Shown: in pieces, positions 60,472-64,000 of the stretch | Layout of the letters: each line of letters opens with the position of its first letter | Numbering within the stretch: position 1 is the first letter of the stretch | Assembly: GCA_002269645.1 (NCBI GenBank) | Contig: NIVC01000172.1 | Location: 272,558 to 336,557 of the forward strand | DNA from: Macrostomum lignano | Lineage: Eukaryota | Reading direction: 5' to 3' | Length of the DNA: 64,000 nucleotides | The notes under the pieces: model-generated | Told to the model about the DNA's origin: nothing | What the model saw: only the letters and a program-made list of their open reading frames with translations | Databases searched by the model: none | Made by a program: the position numbers and the translations under genes

Positions 60472-63408
60472 TTACGAGTTTAAAAGTGCAACGAGCACGA
60501 TGCACTCAGGCTCACGTACGAACGGGTTATAGTCTGACGTAACTTTCATGTCGTCAATTCTCGTCCACACACAGCTCAGTACGCTTGCTGTGAAATGTCC
60601 CGATTTCAGTCGGTTTCCATGGTGTGATATTGTGGCCACTGGCTTACCAAGTGTAGAAACACCCCCTGACCTTGAAGAAAAGCTTACAGGAGTTTGAAGC
60701 TTAAGGTGGCCATCCATACTAGCACGATCAAGATATATCAGGGTAAACTTTCCAGGTGTTACTACGATCTCTTGATTACAATCGCCCAGGCAATTGGCGT
60801 CCGAACATTTCACTACCTGAGGAGCGACAAAAGCGCAGAAGATTTTGTCTAAACTGACAATTGAGCGCTCAAATTGACAGAGAGGAATGCAAATCACTCT
60901 GTTATCGATTGTGCCAACAGGAACTTCAGCACTTGTGCGCTGGCAATCCCGACAAGTTTGAATGAGTGAAAATTCTGTGAAAGCATCTGATGACAGAAAT
61001 TCCAGATGTATTAGAAGCGTTTGAACAAATTCGTTGACGCAATGGTGCTGATTTGTTTGAAATGAATCTGGATGTTGCAACCGAACTGCCGTTAACAGTG
61101 GAGTGACTGTTGCAGACCGCTGTTGCATCTCCGTCAGAAGACGAAGCAGCTCTCGATGGACTTGGTCGTTGCTAGTCTCTTTTAAAATGCATCCATTAGA
61201 ATGCAGGCAGAGAAACAATTGCACTGCTGCATTTGCGTAGCACTGCAGGCCATTATTTGGCAACCCAAATAACTTCTTCGGCGAATTCAATGAACCAGTA
61301 GCATTTGAACTGTGCCTCTGTTCATCTTGCTGCGATTCAGCACTGTCTCTGCGAGGTGCATTTGGAGCTGGATGACCACCAGATTGATCATTGTAAAGAT
61401 TGGCAATCAGTGCTTTTGGCAAAGCACTGTCAATAAATCGGAAGCTGCTGCCGCACATGTTGTAGCTTTCGGGGTGATATGCATAACAGCCTAGCATTCT
61501 AACCACAGCCATAACATGACTGTCACACCCTGCTGTCCTGCTTCCGGCCTTTGAGGATGAAAAGTAGCCATGCAGACGCAGCAGCCCCGAGTCACGAAAT
61601 CCGAATCGGTTACCACTTGCAGTTTCGCAAATACGAAGGACAACTCGGTAAGTTTTTGACCGATGACGGGAATGAAGAACGGCTAAATATATCCAAGATG
61701 GCCTCCATTCTCCAAACTTACTGCTCCACCCCTTTGGTGGCGCTCGCTGATGAAACTTCCAGCATTTTAAATGGCTTGGCAGTTCAGAAATCAACAATTC
61801 GAAATCGCGCCACGAGTCTCCAGCGTAGCTACTGAGCACCTCATGAACTCTGACGTTTTCGATGTAGCGTTTTGACTGAAGAACGTGGTATGGGCCGATG
61901 CTAAGCTCTTCCAGATTTCTTTCGTCAACGCTGGGGAACCCTGAACTTTCAGGGTCCAGGGGATCCACTGCTGTCCATTTTCGGGTAGAACTCGTTGGTA
62001 TTCGAGTCAAATCGCAATTGTACTCAAGTTGCTCAATTTCGTCTAGCTCATTCGCAATGAAAAGACGTTTAGCAAAGTTCCGTCCGTATTCGAACATGGA
62101 GCAATCTGACCATGACGGCGGCAGACTCCTTGTAGCTTGAAATCCTGGATGCGAACGGTTGAATTTTGCCATGGAGTTTTCAATAACAACATCGAGCCGG
62201 CTGCGTTCGGTAAACTCTGGGGCATGTAGCCATTGGTACGGCTCCTGTCGCTCATTTATGCATTTGTCCTGCTTGATTGCAGCAAAGCTACATTCTACGA
62301 GATAACGGAAAAGCGTAGCGCAGCGACTTGTATTTGCTTCGATTGATGTAAGCTTTCCTGGTATTGATCGGTCACCAACAGGAGCCTCATTATTTACAAA
62401 TTCAAACTGCTCGTTTAGAACTCGGTCACCTGGACTGGTCGGAAATAGAAGCGTCGTGCAGCCTTTACTATTAGTCTCTATAAAGTCGCGGAAGTTAACC
62501 GAAGTTGGTGAACAAAGTTGGTGGCTGTAACCTTTGTCGAAAATGCCAATAACGTGATAATCTTTCTGTACAGAGCACAGAATGCGCAACAAAATGGGCT
62601 CTATTAGTCCTTCAGCCTCCATGTCAACTTGCATTGCAGTCAAATTCCCATCGCCCATTGTTGGCGAGATAGCGGCGGTAAGGGGAGCGGTGTAGATAAT
62701 TTTTCCTCTACTGTTGACAACCGCCATTTTTTTGTTCACATTCATTTTCTTGCCGGAAAAGTAAGTTCGAATTTGCGTGTGGTGTGAGCTGCTCTTAGGG
62801 AGATAAAAGTAAGTATGATCACCCACTAGAAGAACAAGCTTCTTGCCTTTGAGTAGTGTGTGAAATACACCGAGAATAAATTGATCGCGTACTACATTTT
62901 CCTCAAGCAGAGTCTGAATCGGAGTCGACGCTATCGACCTCGGTTGATATGGATCCCGTAGGTACTGCTCCTTGGCAATCTCCCAAAAAATGTCGCATGC
63001 TCTTTGGGCAGAAATGTTGAAATCGAAAGCTAATGATTGAAAGCTGCAACCTTGGCGAAGCTTCTTCAGGTACAAAAATATTCGAGATGGCTTTGTCAAA
63101 ATACGAAGGCGAGATACTTCTGGTAACATTTCTGAGAAGCTATCGAAATCACTATAGCTAAGACCGCAAATACGTTTGAACTCCTTCTCATTTGCGGTTC
63201 GTGGAAAAAGGTTTGGGTTCAAAAAAACTTTCACATACTTACCACCGACCGCAAGAAACTGAAGCGCCTCTCGTGCGTTTCTCGGAGGCGCGAAGGCTCC
63301 AGACGATTCAGATGAGCAGCGACCACATCTAGTCGTTTCGAGATGTCGGTTCAAATTGGCTGCTTTGCTGAATTGATGACCACATTGAGAGCAAGTAAAA
63401 TCGGACAT
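60472..63408 (-). CDS. 978-aa transposase-USP fusion: Zn finger, HTH, DDE_Tnp_4-like core, SWIM-like motif, ubiquitin-specific protease (C19) domain
   Basis: First ATG at 63408 (the ORF track starts at an upstream TTG). CSQCGHQFSKAANLNRH zinc finger; LYLKKLRQGCSFQSLAFDFNISAQRACDIF HTH; D (GDHT, 62820), D (FDKGY, 62538), E (RYLVECSF, 62295); GLPNNGLQCYANAAVQ Cys box (61242); HHGNRLKSGHFTA His box (60597); WTRIDDMKV (60555). Confidence 0.9.
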   Translation of the reverse strand: MSDFTCSQCGHQFSKAANLNRHLETTRCGRCSSESSGAFAPPRNAREALQFLAVGGKYVKVFLNPNLFPRTANEKEFKRICGLSYSDFDSFSEMLPEVSRLRILTKPSRIFLYLKKLRQGCSFQSLAFDFNISAQRACDIFWEIAKEQYLRDPYQPRSIASTPIQTLLEENVVRDQFILGVFHTLLKGKKLVLLVGDHTYFYLPKSSSHHTQIRTYFSGKKMNVNKKMAVVNSRGKIIYTAPLTAAISPTMGDGNLTAMQVDMEAEGLIEPILLRILCSVQKDYHVIGIFDKGYSHQLCSPTSVNFRDFIETNSKGCTTLLFPTSPGDRVLNEQFEFVNNEAPVGDRSIPGKLTSIEANTSRCATLFRYLVECSFAAIKQDKCINERQEPYQWLHAPEFTERSRLDVVIENSMAKFNRSHPGFQATRSLPPSWSDCSMFEYGRNFAKRLFIANELDEIEQLEYNCDLTRIPTSSTRKWTAVDPLDPESSGFPSVDERNLEELSIGPYHVLQSKRYIENVRVHEVLSSYAGDSWRDFELLISELPSHLKCWKFHQRAPPKGWSSKFGEWRPSWIYLAVLHSRHRSKTYRVVLRICETASGNRFGFRDSGLLRLHGYFSSSKAGSRTAGCDSHVMAVVRMLGCYAYHPESYNMCGSSFRFIDSALPKALIANLYNDQSGGHPAPNAPRRDSAESQQDEQRHSSNATGSLNSPKKLFGLPNNGLQCYANAAVQLFLCLHSNGCILKETSNDQVHRELLRLLTEMQQRSATVTPLLTAVRLQHPDSFQTNQHHCVNEFVQTLLIHLEFLSSDAFTEFSLIQTCRDCQRTSAEVPVGTIDNRVICIPLCQFERSIVSLDKIFCAFVAPQVVKCSDANCLGDCNQEIVVTPGKFTLIYLDRASMDGHLKLQTPVSFSSRSGGVSTLGKPVATISHHGNRLKSGHFTASVLSCVWTRIDDMKVTSDYNPFVREPECIVLVALLNS

Positions 63409-63644
63409 TACTAGCAAGTATAAAACGCAATCTGCAACAAATCTGCACCTGTCATAAAACTAAGTAAGAAAAACTGACCAAAACCTTAACTTCATTAATA
63501 TATCACTTAAAATATATCACTTAAACTAATGCTACAAATACTTGACGCACAGTATCAAAAATCTCTCGCCTAAAGTGGTCAAATCAAAACCGCGAAAACA
63601 TTCTCAAAAATCCGGAAAAATTAAACGACGGAAATATTACAATG

Positions 63645-64000
63645 CAAACAATATATAATAGCTAAAATAAAATACACCCGCTAATGCGATATTCGAATAG
63701 AATAGAGCTTCGTCACTTGAAACCGGATGGGATGTCTCGGCGATTCTAGTCGTCTGGGCCGACAACTTATCGATTGCAGTCGGTTTGGTCCGGAGCTGAA
63801 CTTCGGGCTCCATTCCAGAGCCTTAAGTTGACACGAGATCCCCATTTTATCCCCTTTATCCCCTGGGACCCCAAGGAAGGGAGCCGGATGGGATGTCTCG
63901 GCGATTCTAGTCGTCTGGGCCGACAAGTTATCGATTGCAGTCGGTTTGGTCCGGAGCTGAACTTCGGGCTCCATTCCAGAGCCTTAAGTTGACATGAGAT
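63645..64000 (-). repeat. Right TIR (inverted copy of the left arm), cut by the window end
   Basis: TATAATAGCTAAAATAAAATACACCCGCTAATGCG...GAAACCGG mirrors 59787-59856, followed by inverted 161-bp units from 63723. Confidence 0.95.

Larger units (their letters stand above)
58546..64000 (-). mobile_element. Apparently intact DNA transposon (PIF/Harbinger/ISL2EU-like DDE) with satellite-like TIRs, encoding a transposase-deubiquitinase fusion; right end lies beyond the window
   Basis: Left arm 58546-59865 and right arm 63645-64000+ are reverse complements and enclose one long transposase ORF. The exact left terminus is uncertain. Confidence 0.9.

Overview
Repeat-rich eukaryotic (metazoan) genomic DNA. 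The style suggests an invertebrate such as a free-living flatworm, but the organism cannot be established from sequence alone. Four host genes can be reconstructed: an intronless CHMP6/VPS20 (- strand, 12047-12688), a 7-exon FMR1/FXR-family RNA-binding protein gene (- strand, 32342 to 16401, 563 aa, 10.9-kb first intron), a 4-exon muscarinic acetylcholine receptor (+, 42572-47364, 673 aa) and an intronless Di-Ras GTPase (+, 56832-57488). The rest is mini- and microsatellites, MITEs with clear target-site duplications, a tRNA-derived SINE and LINE fragments. The standout is an apparently intact DNA transposon starting near 58546 and running past the window end. Its terminal inverted repeats are arrays of a 161-bp unit (left arm about 1.3 kb). 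Its single 978-aa ORF fuses a zinc finger, HTH and IS5/PIF-Harbinger/ISL2EU-like DDE transposase and a degenerate SWIM-like motif to a ubiquitin-specific protease (peptidase C19) domain with intact Cys/His/Asp catalytic motifs. All domain calls are by motif recognition by eye; no database searches were run.
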